64,000 nt of DNA, taken from positions 28,062 through 92,061 of the forward strand of contig CAZLSE010000001.1 of the NCBI GenBank assembly GCA_964562055.1, given 5' to 3'. This DNA is from an uncultured Gammaproteobacteria bacterium. GTDB lineage: Bacteria; Patescibacteriota; Microgenomatia; UBA1406; GWC2-37-13. The notes beneath the pieces were generated by a model. The model made no database searches. It saw only the letters and a list, made by a program, of their open reading frames with translations, and was not told the DNA's origin. Positions 19,773 to 29,050 of this stretch are shown one piece after another. Position 1 is the first letter of the stretch. Each line of letters begins with the position of its first letter. Position numbers and translations under genes: made by a program.

Positions 19773-20792
19773 TTATTCAAATAGCTTTAGTAGATTATAC
19801 ACCTTCTCTTTTACTTTTTCTGTCACCTCAATTGCCACAATCCCTCTGTCCCTCATACCATACATCACTCGTGTCCCGAGCGGAGATATAAGTACAACGG
19901 GTAGAACCAATAAGTCTTCTTCTCCATCAATAATGAGTTGTTTTATGGCTCTTTTATGCTCTAAACTAATTAATTTGAAAAGTGCTTTAATTGAATCTTG
20001 TGAAATTGTTCCTTTTTCATTTAGAGCATATAGACAATCTTTTTGTATAATTTTCTCAAGATATTCTTTGTTTAGGGCTTTTCGGAGAGTTTTTTTATCT
20101 ATTACCGAAAAAGTGGGGGAAAAACCTCTTTTTACAAATTCATGTGTCACTACATCGCCTACAGTTATCCACATTGTGTCCCCCAGAGTTGTGGCTAAAT
20201 TGTGTAACGATGCAGTTTTTGTGAATAAATACTCCTCAATAGTCCGAAAAGAGTGGCCCAGTGGCATTCTTAAAGCTGGTATAAGTGATTTTGGCAGATG
20301 ATGTACTTTTCTGCTAAATAATAGGCTTCTGTATGATGTTCCATGCCTATTTATGTATCCCTGCCTGATGCGTGTTGATGATATTACCACATTATCATTA
20401 CCTTTTTTTAGGTCTATAAAAACCACTGAAAGGGGCTTCATGCCGAGCTCAACGCGTTTTTTATTGATAAGATTTGCCCCTTTTTCTGTATCTTGTGTAA
20501 TAACAATTGCATCGATAGAACGCTCTAAAATGGTTGGACCATAGATATCATTAATCCTTACAATAGTGAATTGTCTATTAAAAACCTGTGCATAGGTGCT
20601 TACATTTTTTCTGCGCGTAACCCACGAATCATGACATTCACGTTTGAGTTTTTGGAGAGCCATTTTTTGTGAAGTTATGCCGATAGTAACTTTTTGCCCG
20701 ACTTTAAAGCACTTTCGTATCAACTGTTTATGACCTTCATGAAACGTATCAAACGTGCCTCCGCATACAACATGGGAAAACATAGAGCACAA
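19773..20792 (-). CDS. Fusion of archaeal-type phosphopantetheine adenylyltransferase (cytidylyltransferase fold) and DUF359-type GTP-dependent dephospho-CoA kinase
   Basis: The N-terminal half has CGGTFDTFHEGHKQL (nucleotidyltransferase HxGH) and ISSTRIR. The C-terminal half has GDVVTHEF...SVIDKKTLRK...IDGEEDLLVLPVVLISPLGTRVMYGMRDRGIV, matching the DUF359/COG1909 pattern as I remember it. Confidence 0.65.
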   Translation of the reverse strand: MCSMFSHVVCGGTFDTFHEGHKQLIRKCFKVGQKVTIGITSQKMALQKLKRECHDSWVTRRKNVSTYAQVFNRQFTIVRINDIYGPTILERSIDAIVITQDTEKGANLINKKRVELGMKPLSVVFIDLKKGNDNVVISSTRIRQGYINRHGTSYRSLLFSRKVHHLPKSLIPALRMPLGHSFRTIEEYLFTKTASLHNLATTLGDTMWITVGDVVTHEFVKRGFSPTFSVIDKKTLRKALNKEYLEKIIQKDCLYALNEKGTISQDSIKALFKLISLEHKRAIKQLIIDGEEDLLVLPVVLISPLGTRVMYGMRDRGIVAIEVTEKVKEKVYNLLKLFE

Positions 20793-20811
20793 TTATAACC
20801 CTTTTTATATT

Positions 20812-20837
20812 TTGATATATACTATTGATATATACTA
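20812..20837 (+). repeat. Perfect tandem duplication of a 13-nt promoter-like element, TTGATATATACTA x2
   Basis: Bases 20812-20824 are identical to 20825-20837. Each copy carries TGATATA/TATACT, and the second -10 (20831-20836) lies 6 nt from the ATG at 20843. Confidence 0.8.
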
Positions 20838-20842
20838 AATAT

Positions 20843-21946
20843 ATGCTTATGCTTCGACTGCGTATTGTGATTGCTATGTTGCTTGCGATTGGTATTAGTG
20901 CCTTTGTGATGAATTATGCTCAGGAAGATGCAGAAATTCAGACATTGGGAGATGTCTATCAGGCGCCGCATGTAGACCTTAGTAAAATGGCAAATGATTT
21001 AAAAAGTAACTCAAATTCACTAACCAACTCAATCACCTCGTCTCTCCTCGCAATACAACTCCCACAGATTGTGCCGCCACAACAAGACGAAGTTATTACT
21101 CCTGAACCTGAAGAGCCTGTCGTTTCAGAACCAGATCCTGTTACATTTGATTCCGAAGATCATCCGACAGTTCCAGACTCACCTCCAACCTCAACTCCAG
21201 CGCAATTGCCCACCACTATTCCCTTAGATACTCCTATTCCCGTTTCCACTACCCGTCCTATAAGCCCTCCCGTAACAAATCCTCCTCAACCAACCAATAC
21301 ACCAAAGCCTACCAAAGTGCCTAAGCCAACCGTGGCAACATACCAGACTATAACATCCGATAAACGCCCTGGAAGCAACCTTGCAGAAATTTTTGCTGAG
21401 GTAGAAAAACGGGCATGTGTCCCTGCTGCTTTAATGATGGCCATAAAATCAACCGAAACGGGAGAACGATTTAAAAATGATTCTGCAAAGACGATAGAAA
21501 TTTATAACACATACGGATGATGGAAAACAGGCACTGGAGACCCATGTTATGGTTTTGGATATCATACGCAGATCGGTATTGTACCTCAGGATAGTGTGCA
21601 GGCAGGCACTAAATGCAGTAGTGCGGTTGGCAACCCAACCGATATTAAAATAATGGGTCTTTTACAGGTTTCGGAATGGGAGCAGCAAGTCACGAGAAAA
21701 AGTACCATTGCTCATGTTCCGGGTAATTTTGATAGACGAGTACTTTTTGATAATGCGCTTATTTTTGCGTACGCCACCAAAGGTCGTGTTGCCAAATCAC
21801 CCCAACCCAGTTGTTCTGATTGGCCACAAGAGACAATAAAACTGGCTGCAGAAAAACACCACGGGGTATGTAAATATGACTATGGCACAGGAAATGCGGG
21901 AGACTACTGCAAAAAAATTTGGGATCTCTATCGGTCGTTTAAATAA
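20843..21946 (+). pseudogene. Membrane-anchored, proline-rich, lysozyme/transglycosylase-like protein interrupted by one in-frame TGA
   Basis: The ORFs at 20825-21520 and 21596-21946 are in the same frame, and TGA at 21518-21520 is the only stop between them (...EIYNTYG-TGA-WKTGTGDPCYGFGYHTQ...). It has an N-terminal TM segment, a P/T-rich linker and an AIKSTETGE segment. Confidence 0.5.
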
Positions 21947-23065
21947 TTACCTCGTCACCTGATAACTCTTGACAGTCTCCAGAAGTTTTTTTGCTTCCTC
22001 ATTTTTTTCAAAATGCGCATGCACTGGACAAAGTAACCGGTCAAGATAGTCTGATACTGCAGTTTTTAAGTCCATTGGGTGAAGCTTTTTTTCTGCAAAA
22101 GCAGTTTCAAGCTCGGCATAGGTTGCAAAGCGGAGTGTGCCCCCCCATTTTTCGGGCCGTTCGATAACAAACTCAGTAATACCAAGACGATCAAATGACT
22201 CAAAGATAATATATTTACAATACTCAAGCACAGGATTTTCCTTTATATCACCTTCGAGGCAGTACGCTTTATTTATTTTACGCTTAATATCTTCTGTGGT
22301 ATCGGTCATAAAAATTGCACTGTCCGGCATTGATTTTGACATTTTCCTCTCTATTGTTTCCTGAATTTTTGCATTTTGCATTTCACTTTCGACTTCCGAC
22401 TTTAGACTTTTGACTTTTTGTAGTCCCATTAGCATGTGGTGACTTACAACAACCGGCTTCCAATACCCAAGTTGCGGCCCCACTTCGCGCGCGAGCATAT
22501 TTACTTTTCGTTGATCCATTCCCAGTTGTGTAATCTTTGCGCCAAGCATAAAAATATCTGCAACCTGCATACACGAATAGATAATATGCGCGCCCGTAAG
22601 TTTTTCAAGCGACTCCTCACGCCCCATCATCTCTGCAGTACGAACAAATCGTTTTAGAGCGTTTGACTTTCCCACTTGTAAAACCAACTTCCAATAATCA
22701 GGATTTTTAGCCATATCAGATGCCCACATAAATTCAACGTGGTCAAGATCCATTCCTGACGCACGCCACACCTCAATAAAATAACGTCCGACTGTTTTTA
22801 TCTTTTCAAGATCACCGCCCATTTTATTATTCGCCATCGCATGCCAGTCTGCAACCCACATGCGGAACTTCACACCCGCTTTAATCATCTTGTTTACATT
22901 TATTGCACGAAGAAGACCTTGGGCGATATGAATCTGTCCCGATGGTTCAAATCCATCATACGCAATTAGTTCTTCTCCACTTTCTAGGTAGTTTTTTAAC
23001 TCATCACTTCCAATAATCTCTTCACCAACTTGATTGATAAGATTGAATTTGTCTTGTGTATTCAT
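21947..23065 (-). CDS. tyrS: Tyrosyl-tRNA synthetase, archaeal/eukaryote-like type
   Basis: YDGFEPSGQIHIAQGL (HIGH-equivalent), VADWHAMANNKMGGDLEKIKTVGRYFIEVW, GMDQRKVNMLARE and KMSKS closely parallel the plant-type TyrRS as I recall it. The start is set at MNTQDKF. Confidence 0.85.
   Translation of the reverse strand: MNTQDKFNLINQVGEEIIGSDELKNYLESGEELIAYDGFEPSGQIHIAQGLLRAINVNKMIKAGVKFRMWVADWHAMANNKMGGDLEKIKTVGRYFIEVWRASGMDLDHVEFMWASDMAKNPDYWKLVLQVGKSNALKRFVRTAEMMGREESLEKLTGAHIIYSCMQVADIFMLGAKITQLGMDQRKVNMLAREVGPQLGYWKPVVVSHHMLMGLQKVKSLKSEVESEMQNAKIQETIERKMSKSMPDSAIFMTDTTEDIKRKINKAYCLEGDIKENPVLEYCKYIIFESFDRLGITEFVIERPEKWGGTLRFATYAELETAFAEKKLHPMDLKTAVSDYLDRLLCPVHAHFEKNEEAKKLLETVKSYQVTR
22380..22414. 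repeat. Heptamer micro-array, TTTCGAC family, 5 units, inside tyrS next to KMSKS
   Basis: ATTTCAC TTTCGAC TTCCGAC TTTAGAC TTTTGAC. Encodes KVKSLKSEVESE. Confidence 0.8.
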
Positions 23066-23072
23066 ATGTTTA

Positions 23073-24371
23073 TTATATACCAAGTGCAATTTTTAATGCA
23101 TCCTCTCTCTCCCCCGTAAATGCGTGCACTTTTTCCGCAAACATATCTGCTGGCGTTTTTTTTGCTTTAACTCGCTCATTCAGTATTGAAAAAAACGGAG
23201 CTAAATCCTCACTGTCCATTCCCAATTGGACCAACGCATCGTGAGCACGGCGCACCTCTCGTTCGAGTTCTTCTCCGAACGGAAGAATTCCAACCCGCAT
23301 AGCAAGCGCCCTTCGTTCCCTCACCTCTTGTATCGGCATCAGTTGTTCTTGTGTCATTTTAGACCATTGCAATCTACCAAGGTAAAACAACATAACGGCA
23401 ATATCCTCTTCAACAGTTGGCTGAATAGAAACAGGGCGAAACTCAACCACAGCAGAATTATCGATAATCTTAATTCGGGTATCCTGCCAAAATAGACCTA
23501 TGCCAATACGGAGAGCATTTTGTTCATCATCCAAAATAAACGGATGACTCCCGACCCTTTCAAAATAATCTTCTATTGATGAAAAGTATTCAGTTGGAAG
23601 TCCTATCCGAAGTCCTTTACCGTCTTTTCTCTCTTGATCCGACCGTGTATCGTGGCTGATTTCCCATGCGGTTGCACGAACATCATTAAAAAATGTGTCC
23701 TTTCCTGCAATAAACCGTGCGTTACCCGATAGTGCCACGACCCATGGACCAATCATAAGAGACCTATTGGTTAAGTCAACCGCATCCTCAAGACTTTCCG
23801 CTTCAATATTGCTCTGTAAACTATTAAGGAGTGCCACAACAGCTGCATTGTTTACATCTACGCGCTCCTCCCATATGCCCAGTGTAGTTTCAGTGTGTGT
23901 TCGATGCGCATTATGAAAATCGGGCACTTTCTGGTATTTTGGTTTACTTGTACGCTCTATTTGTTCTAGCGGGATGAGCGGTTGAGTTCCAATACGGAGC
24001 ATACGTGTATCATGATGCGATGCGGCTGTCACCATTTGCATGTCCCGCTCCCTTACCTGCTCAACAAGCTGTGCAAGTCCATCTGGCTCATTTAGCACAA
24101 TAGGGTCTGTGCGCCATTCAATTTGAGCAGCGCCTAACTCTGGATCGGCACTTGGCACTTCGGCACACATCGCGTCACGAATGTGCTCTTGAATGGGTAG
24201 TCCGTTAGTATGAACCACCGAAGCCTCCATCTCAAACCCCACTCGAAGTACTCCTGGTTTTTTAATAAACGTATCAGGCGAATTAACAACGTCCGCAACC
24301 TGACGTCTAAATGCAGCTTGCATCGCTCGTTCGCGTTCGGGACTGTTTCCTATTTCTTGTCTTGTTGTCAT
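23073..24371 (-). CDS. Glutamate-cysteine ligase family 2 (YbdK-like) carboxylate-amine ligase
   Basis: Eye alignment to E. coli YbdK: LRVGFEMEASVV vs TLGIELEMQVV, ELGAAQIEWRTDP, VALSGNARFIAGKDT vs ALSAASPYMQGTDT, FWQDTRI...VEFRPVSIQ vs HWDIRP...VEVRVMDT. Confidence 0.55.
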   Translation of the reverse strand: MTTRQEIGNSPERERAMQAAFRRQVADVVNSPDTFIKKPGVLRVGFEMEASVVHTNGLPIQEHIRDAMCAEVPSADPELGAAQIEWRTDPIVLNEPDGLAQLVEQVRERDMQMVTAASHHDTRMLRIGTQPLIPLEQIERTSKPKYQKVPDFHNAHRTHTETTLGIWEERVDVNNAAVVALLNSLQSNIEAESLEDAVDLTNRSLMIGPWVVALSGNARFIAGKDTFFNDVRATAWEISHDTRSDQERKDGKGLRIGLPTEYFSSIEDYFERVGSHPFILDDEQNALRIGIGLFWQDTRIKIIDNSAVVEFRPVSIQPTVEEDIAVMLFYLGRLQWSKMTQEQLMPIQEVRERRALAMRVGILPFGEELEREVRRAHDALVQLGMDSEDLAPFFSILNERVKAKKTPADMFAEKVHAFTGEREDALKIALGI

Positions 24372-24394
24372 AAAATATTTTTTTAAACTATATA

Positions 24395-24419
24395 AAAGCC
24401 CGCCTCTTCGGCGGGTTTG
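24395..24419. terminator. GC-rich hairpin CCCGCC-TCTTC-GGCGGG flanked by A and T runs (bidirectional terminator-like)
   Basis: Stem 24399-24404/24410-24415, with AAAAG upstream and TTTGT downstream. It lies 24 nt upstream of the start of the ligase gene. Confidence 0.45.
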
Positions 24420-24515
24420 TGTGGTTTATTATTCCCATATTCACATCCGCCGATATCTCAGCTGATAGTGATAGTACGATACTTGTCGCATTATGAGTTT
24501 TTTATCCATAAACGC

Positions 24516-24543
24516 AAAGACCCGCCTCTTCGGCGGGTTTTTT
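24516..24543 (+). terminator. Intrinsic terminator-like hairpin, identical stem-loop to 24399-24415, followed by T6 on the + strand
   Basis: CCCGCC-TCTTC-GGCGGG at 24521-24537, then TTTTTT at 24538-24543. Both flanking genes are on the minus strand. Confidence 0.5.
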
Positions 24544-24553
24544 ACACAAAAAC

Positions 24554-24577
24554 ACATCCCGCCTTATGGCTGGATGT
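24554..24577. other. 10-bp hairpin ACATCCCGCC-TTAT-GGCTGGATGT (one mismatch)
   Basis: Seen directly. It lies 33 nt downstream of the stop of the 24610-24933 ORF on the minus strand. Confidence 0.4.
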
Positions 24578-24609
24578 AATAATATGTTTTGTGTAACTCC
24601 ATAGGGTTA

Positions 24610-24933
24610 TTATAACATACGTGGCTGTTTGTATTCTTTTGGAATTTTACGCACCAAGCCATCTTGCGGATTTGCAAAAGCAAACAGTTTTGTTTCAGGT
24701 TCGTAGATTACCTGGTGATTATCGTGTTGGGGAAACATAACAGTAAATGCTGTCATCGCCAAAAATAATTTCATACCCTTACTCCTATCTAATGAGAGTT
24801 CCCGCGGAACAGGCGCGAGATTTGTTAGATCTGAAACTACGGTTGCCCACACATACATATGAGGGTGCGTCTTCATTTCAACGCGAATGCGGGCCCCTTT
24901 CAGCATTTGGTGTGTTGCAACCCGTTCGGGCAT
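24610..24933 (-). CDS. Hypothetical protein (107 aa)
   Basis: An ORF 10 nt downstream of the acetyl-CoA synthetase gene on the same strand. I recognise no motif in it. Confidence 0.4.
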   Translation of the reverse strand: MPERVATHQMLKGARIRVEMKTHPHMYVWATVVSDLTNLAPVPRELSLDRSKGMKLFLAMTAFTVMFPQHDNHQVIYEPETKLFAFANPQDGLVRKIPKEYKQPRML

Positions 24934-24942
24934 ACGCGCTCA

Positions 24943-27012
24943 TTATACTGTATGTTTTTGCGTGTCAAGAAGTATCCGCCCGTCCACAACATGAAGTTTG
25001 CCATTGTCCACAAGAACGGGATTTAAATCAATTTCCCGAATAGAGGACTCGTTATACATAAGATAACCAATACGTGATAATACATTGTAAATATCGTCTT
25101 GTGATACCGCCTTAGCCCCTCTAAATCCATATATAATCTTTTCAACATGCGTGCCATGTAATTTTCCATTCATTTCGGCTTTACTAAACGGATAGATATA
25201 TGTCACAAATGATTTCATAAGCTCAGCCATAACACCTCCGACTCCAACCATTACCACTACCCCAAAAGTCACATCGCGTTTTGCCCCAACAATAAGCTCG
25301 TATCCTCTTTTCATTTCTTGAATATATACACCATGTACGTCTGTAATATTTTTCATACGAATAAATTCCTGTTTTACATCTTCTGCAGTTGTGATATTAG
25401 TTACAACACCTTTCACGTCAGTTTTGTGAGTAATGGTTTCTGAGGCTATTTTCATAACCACCGGGTATTGTATGTTGGCAAGCACTGTGTTTAGTTCATC
25501 TTCTTGTTGAACAAGTCTAAGAGGAACAGTATCGATTCCTACTTGCCGAAAAACTTCATTCGTTTCTACAGGATTTAATAATGTCTTTCGCGGTAACGCA
25601 ATTGGGTTTATTGAATTTGCAAGACTATCACCACTACCCTTAAACGTTGATTGGAGATATTCCTTATATTTAATTATTTTTGCGAGTGCAACAGGTACAA
25701 AGTCGTAGGTAAAAAAGCTTGCAATTTTCTCCTTTTCAAACCGTTCGTGCGAATTACCCACCGATTTTTCTCCCATAAAGATGGGGTAAATCGGTTTATT
25801 ATTAAATGCTTTTTGCGCCTCAATTATTGCCTGAGTAGTTTCTTCAACCTCAGTATTGGCCTGCGGTGTAAGCAGAATTGCTACTGCGCCAACTTCTTTC
25901 TGTGTAAGAGTGGTGGCAATAGCCTGTCGATAATGAAACGCACTTGCATCTCCGAGAAGATCGATAGGATTATGAATGGTTACTTTATCGCTTCCAATTG
26001 TTTGCTTAATCTCTTCTTTAAGATCTTCAGGAATGGTAACGAGAGATAGTTTGTTTTTAATAAGTTCGTCCGTTAATAATACCCCAACTCCCCCTGCGTT
26101 TGAAAGTACCAATGTGTCTCTTGATGTGGGAGTGCGTTCAAAGCTAAACATTTTGAGTATTGTCATAAACTCAAAAAACTGTGTCGCGCGAATTGCTCCG
26201 CATTGTTCAAATACGGTAGAAAAAACCGCATCATCACCCACCATGCTTCCTGTATGAGAGCCTGCCGCTTTTGAGCCTTCTGCAGTTGACCCTGATTTGA
26301 GCACTACTACTGGTTTTTCCGCTGTTGTCTCCCGAAGCGCCTTTTTAAATTCCTTGCCACGTTTTACGTCTTCAAGATACATGCCGATAACTCTGGTGTC
26401 GGGGTCGTCTTTAAGAAATCGGAGCACATCCACCTCATCAACCATCATTTTATTCCCAAGACTAATAAAATAGGAAAATCCAAAATTTGCATGACCAACT
26501 AAATAATCTACCATGAGGCTCCCCAATGCGCCAGATTGAGAAAGAAACCCAATATTTCCTTTGGGCGCAGAGTGTTTTAAAAATGTGAGGTTTGCCCCGT
26601 TAATTGTGTTTACATATCCAATACAGTTTGGACCAAGAATAGTCATACCATACTCTTCTGCCTTAATACGAAGGTTTTGTTCTTTTACTGCCCCTTCTGT
26701 ATTGACCTCTTTAAATCCCGCGGCGTATAACACGATATTCTTGATTCCAACTTCGTGTAATTCGTCAAGGAGAGTTATTGCAACATCGGCAGGCACTGCA
26801 AGCACTGCAAGATCAACTGGTTTACCAATATCTTTTACCGATTTATAGAGTTTTCTCCCAAATAATTCCTCGCGTTTTGGATTAACGAGATACAAATCAC
26901 CCTGAAAGCCCTGTGCGAGCAGTTTTTCTGTTACCAAATACCCAACTTTTTTAGGGTTCTCCGAAACTCCAATGATGACAATTGATTTGGGCTGAAAAAG
27001 AGATTGGATCAT
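24943..27012 (-). CDS. Acetate-CoA ligase (ADP-forming), fused alpha/beta subunits
   Basis: N-terminal CoA-binding domain (PKSIVIIGVSENPKKVGY), succinyl-CoA-synthetase-like ligase domain (GPNCIGY, SQSGALG, phosphohistidine segment GSHTGSM) and a C-terminal ATP-grasp domain. Confidence 0.85.
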   Translation of the reverse strand: MIQSLFQPKSIVIIGVSENPKKVGYLVTEKLLAQGFQGDLYLVNPKREELFGRKLYKSVKDIGKPVDLAVLAVPADVAITLLDELHEVGIKNIVLYAAGFKEVNTEGAVKEQNLRIKAEEYGMTILGPNCIGYVNTINGANLTFLKHSAPKGNIGFLSQSGALGSLMVDYLVGHANFGFSYFISLGNKMMVDEVDVLRFLKDDPDTRVIGMYLEDVKRGKEFKKALRETTAEKPVVVLKSGSTAEGSKAAGSHTGSMVGDDAVFSTVFEQCGAIRATQFFEFMTILKMFSFERTPTSRDTLVLSNAGGVGVLLTDELIKNKLSLVTIPEDLKEEIKQTIGSDKVTIHNPIDLLGDASAFHYRQAIATTLTQKEVGAVAILLTPQANTEVEETTQAIIEAQKAFNNKPIYPIFMGEKSVGNSHERFEKEKIASFFTYDFVPVALAKIIKYKEYLQSTFKGSGDSLANSINPIALPRKTLLNPVETNEVFRQVGIDTVPLRLVQQEDELNTVLANIQYPVVMKIASETITHKTDVKGVVTNITTAEDVKQEFIRMKNITDVHGVYIQEMKRGYELIVGAKRDVTFGVVVMVGVGGVMAELMKSFVTYIYPFSKAEMNGKLHGTHVEKIIYGFRGAKAVSQDDIYNVLSRIGYLMYNESSIREIDLNPVLVDNGKLHVVDGRILLDTQKHTV

Positions 27013-27015
27013 ACT

Positions 27016-29008
27016 CTAGTGTATCATTGTTAACATCATGATTCGCATATACTTTTCAATAATCTGTTGTGTGTCCGCTTCTGTGAGTGCTCTAGGCATA
27101 TGCATTTTATTAGAAGCTTTTAATATAACGTTTACCATGCGTTCAGGATCAAAAAATTTCAGTGTTTGACCATCAAGAAATGAATTAAACAGCCGCGGTA
27201 CACGCTCAATCCTTCGTTTTCCTCTTAAAAATAATGAATATAACTGCTCTTTGGAAATTGCTGAATTTGTTTGTCTAATGCTGTCTATATCGATATTTAA
27301 TAAGGAGTCGATAAAGTGTCCCACAGGCACATTAAAGTCTTCTATGATGATATCTGTTAGAAGTTTCTCATAAAAGTCTTGCTCATTTAGTTTGAGAATT
27401 GATTTAAATACAGATCGCCCATCTCTCAACTCTGGATTTTGATCAGTTAAATTTATGGGTGACCATGTATTTGCAATAGGCACGGCGAATCGTCTATCAC
27501 CAAGGGTAAGATCTAACGAATGAATTTCAGATAACTTATCAATGGTGTTTGGGGATAGTTCTTGACCTGTTCTTATACCAACCGCAAAGGTACCACCAAA
27601 TCGTCCCACGATGATCTTCTCTCTGTCACCAGGTTCTAGACAAGATTGAATTTTATTCCATAATTTTTTAATAGAGATATCAGAGTCAGCGTATGTTGCT
27701 TTTTCATTAATTTCCTTAATAAATTTCAAATCGAAGGTTGCAACCATACTAAACTCATCATCTCGAAAATAGGATTGAAACTGGTCACGAGAATATATTG
27801 CTTCACCAATAAGTCGATCAAATAATGAATTTTCAACTGTTTCAAGTAAAACTTGTCGGCGGGCAATAGCGCCATTGTCAGCGTGGGGATCTGTTTCATC
27901 TAATAATTGTGCAAGGTCAAAGTAAAATGCAAGTTCGGGGTGTTGGGTCTGAATATATTCAATTTTCTTCTGTAGTGTGTTTACTTCGGGGGGGATAGTT
28001 AGATGATGTTAACGGATAATCTTTACGGTACATCTCAATGTCAAATTTTCCGTTTTTTGAATATTTATTCACAACCTTTTGAAACTCTTCTTTTGTTAAT
28101 AGAAGTCCACGTTCAGGATATTCTTTAAAGACTAGTCGTTGATCAACCAATGTCTCATCTCCACTTTGGGGAAACTCAATTTCTTCAACAACACTACCGT
28201 TTGAGCTTGACTTAAGTTGAATTGGTTCTCGCTTTATTACTGCTTCTCCATCAGCCAGTGTGTATTGATAATAGGAATTGTTTTCTGGAAGTGCTAGTTG
28301 TCGCTGAATTTCTTCATATAATTTTCGCTTTTCTTCCGGTGAAAAAGATCCAAAAAGACCAACCACAAATTCGTCTCCCCCATACCTTCCAATTTCCCAA
28401 GACTTATTTATTCTTTTACTCTCATCGGAGGTGTAATGAAGTGAATCAAACGCATTTCGAATTGCTCTTGCAGCTTTATTGATCAATACATCGGCGGGTT
28501 TATCTTCTTGATTGGGTAGTTCAAAATCAGCACCACGAAGGTTATGAATATCAATCAAACCTATAGAAACTCCATAATCCTGCCCCTTTAACGCTAGCAA
28601 ATTTTGAACGCGATGTTCCTGTAAAACTCGAGTAATAAAGGCAGATCGAGTAAGTATGGGCACCGAACCCGCCTCAAAAGGCTCTTGAACATTTGGTATT
28701 TCACATTTTCGATATTTGCTCGTACCACTATCAAACACTCCATCAAATAAACTTTCAAAAATATTTGTTACGCCTTGTTCGCTGTTAGTTTCTGGTATCG
28801 TAAGCATTGCCAGTTCATATCCAAATAACCGTCTTAGCGCATTTTGCTTTTCCTGACTTATTAATGATGCCTTCGAGACTGCTCTTTCAACCGTTCTCTT
28901 TTGAAACTCTGGATTTGCTAATACCGATCCTTTACGCTGGCCACCCAATACGTCGAGAATTTTGAGTAAGCGATTGGTTATATCACCAATTGTGCTTTCT
29001 ACAACCAT
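27016..29008 (-). pseudogene. GGDEF-domain-like protein with an uncharacterised C-terminal domain, split by a frameshift in a C7 run (G7 at 27988-27994 on the + strand)
   Basis: The upstream ORF contains IGLIDIHNLRGAD...EIGRYGGDEFVVGLFG. The frame of the downstream ORF (27016-27747) stays open upstream to the homopolymer. Removing one C gives ...NYPPEVNTLQKKIEYIQTQHPELAFYFD...SMVATFDLKF, one ORF of about 664 aa. Confidence 0.55.
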
Positions 29009-29050
29009 ATAAACTTCATTATACTGTTAAATCTGCTACACTCTGAGGAT

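Noticed and set aside
19712-19780. Longer LeuRS N-terminus from the track (MNNELYSFIKYIKIYNFIPKLIY)
   Set aside because: The segment is AT-rich promoter-like DNA containing TTGATATAT. The conserved LeuRS N-terminus begins at the Met at 19711.
21518-21520. Alternative genetic code (TGA read as Gly or Trp, codes 25/4) as the explanation for the in-frame TGA
   Set aside because: TGA clearly terminates several well-delimited genes here: the giant ORF at 2251-2253, the ATGA overlap at 57550-57553, and 27959-27961. ORFs of 2-7 kb are free of internal TGA under the standard code.
21518-21520. Selenocysteine insertion at the in-frame TGA
   Set aside because: I see no obvious SECIS-like hairpin immediately downstream, no redox (CxxU-type) context, and no sel genes in the window. 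A nonsense mutation or leaky read-through is simpler.
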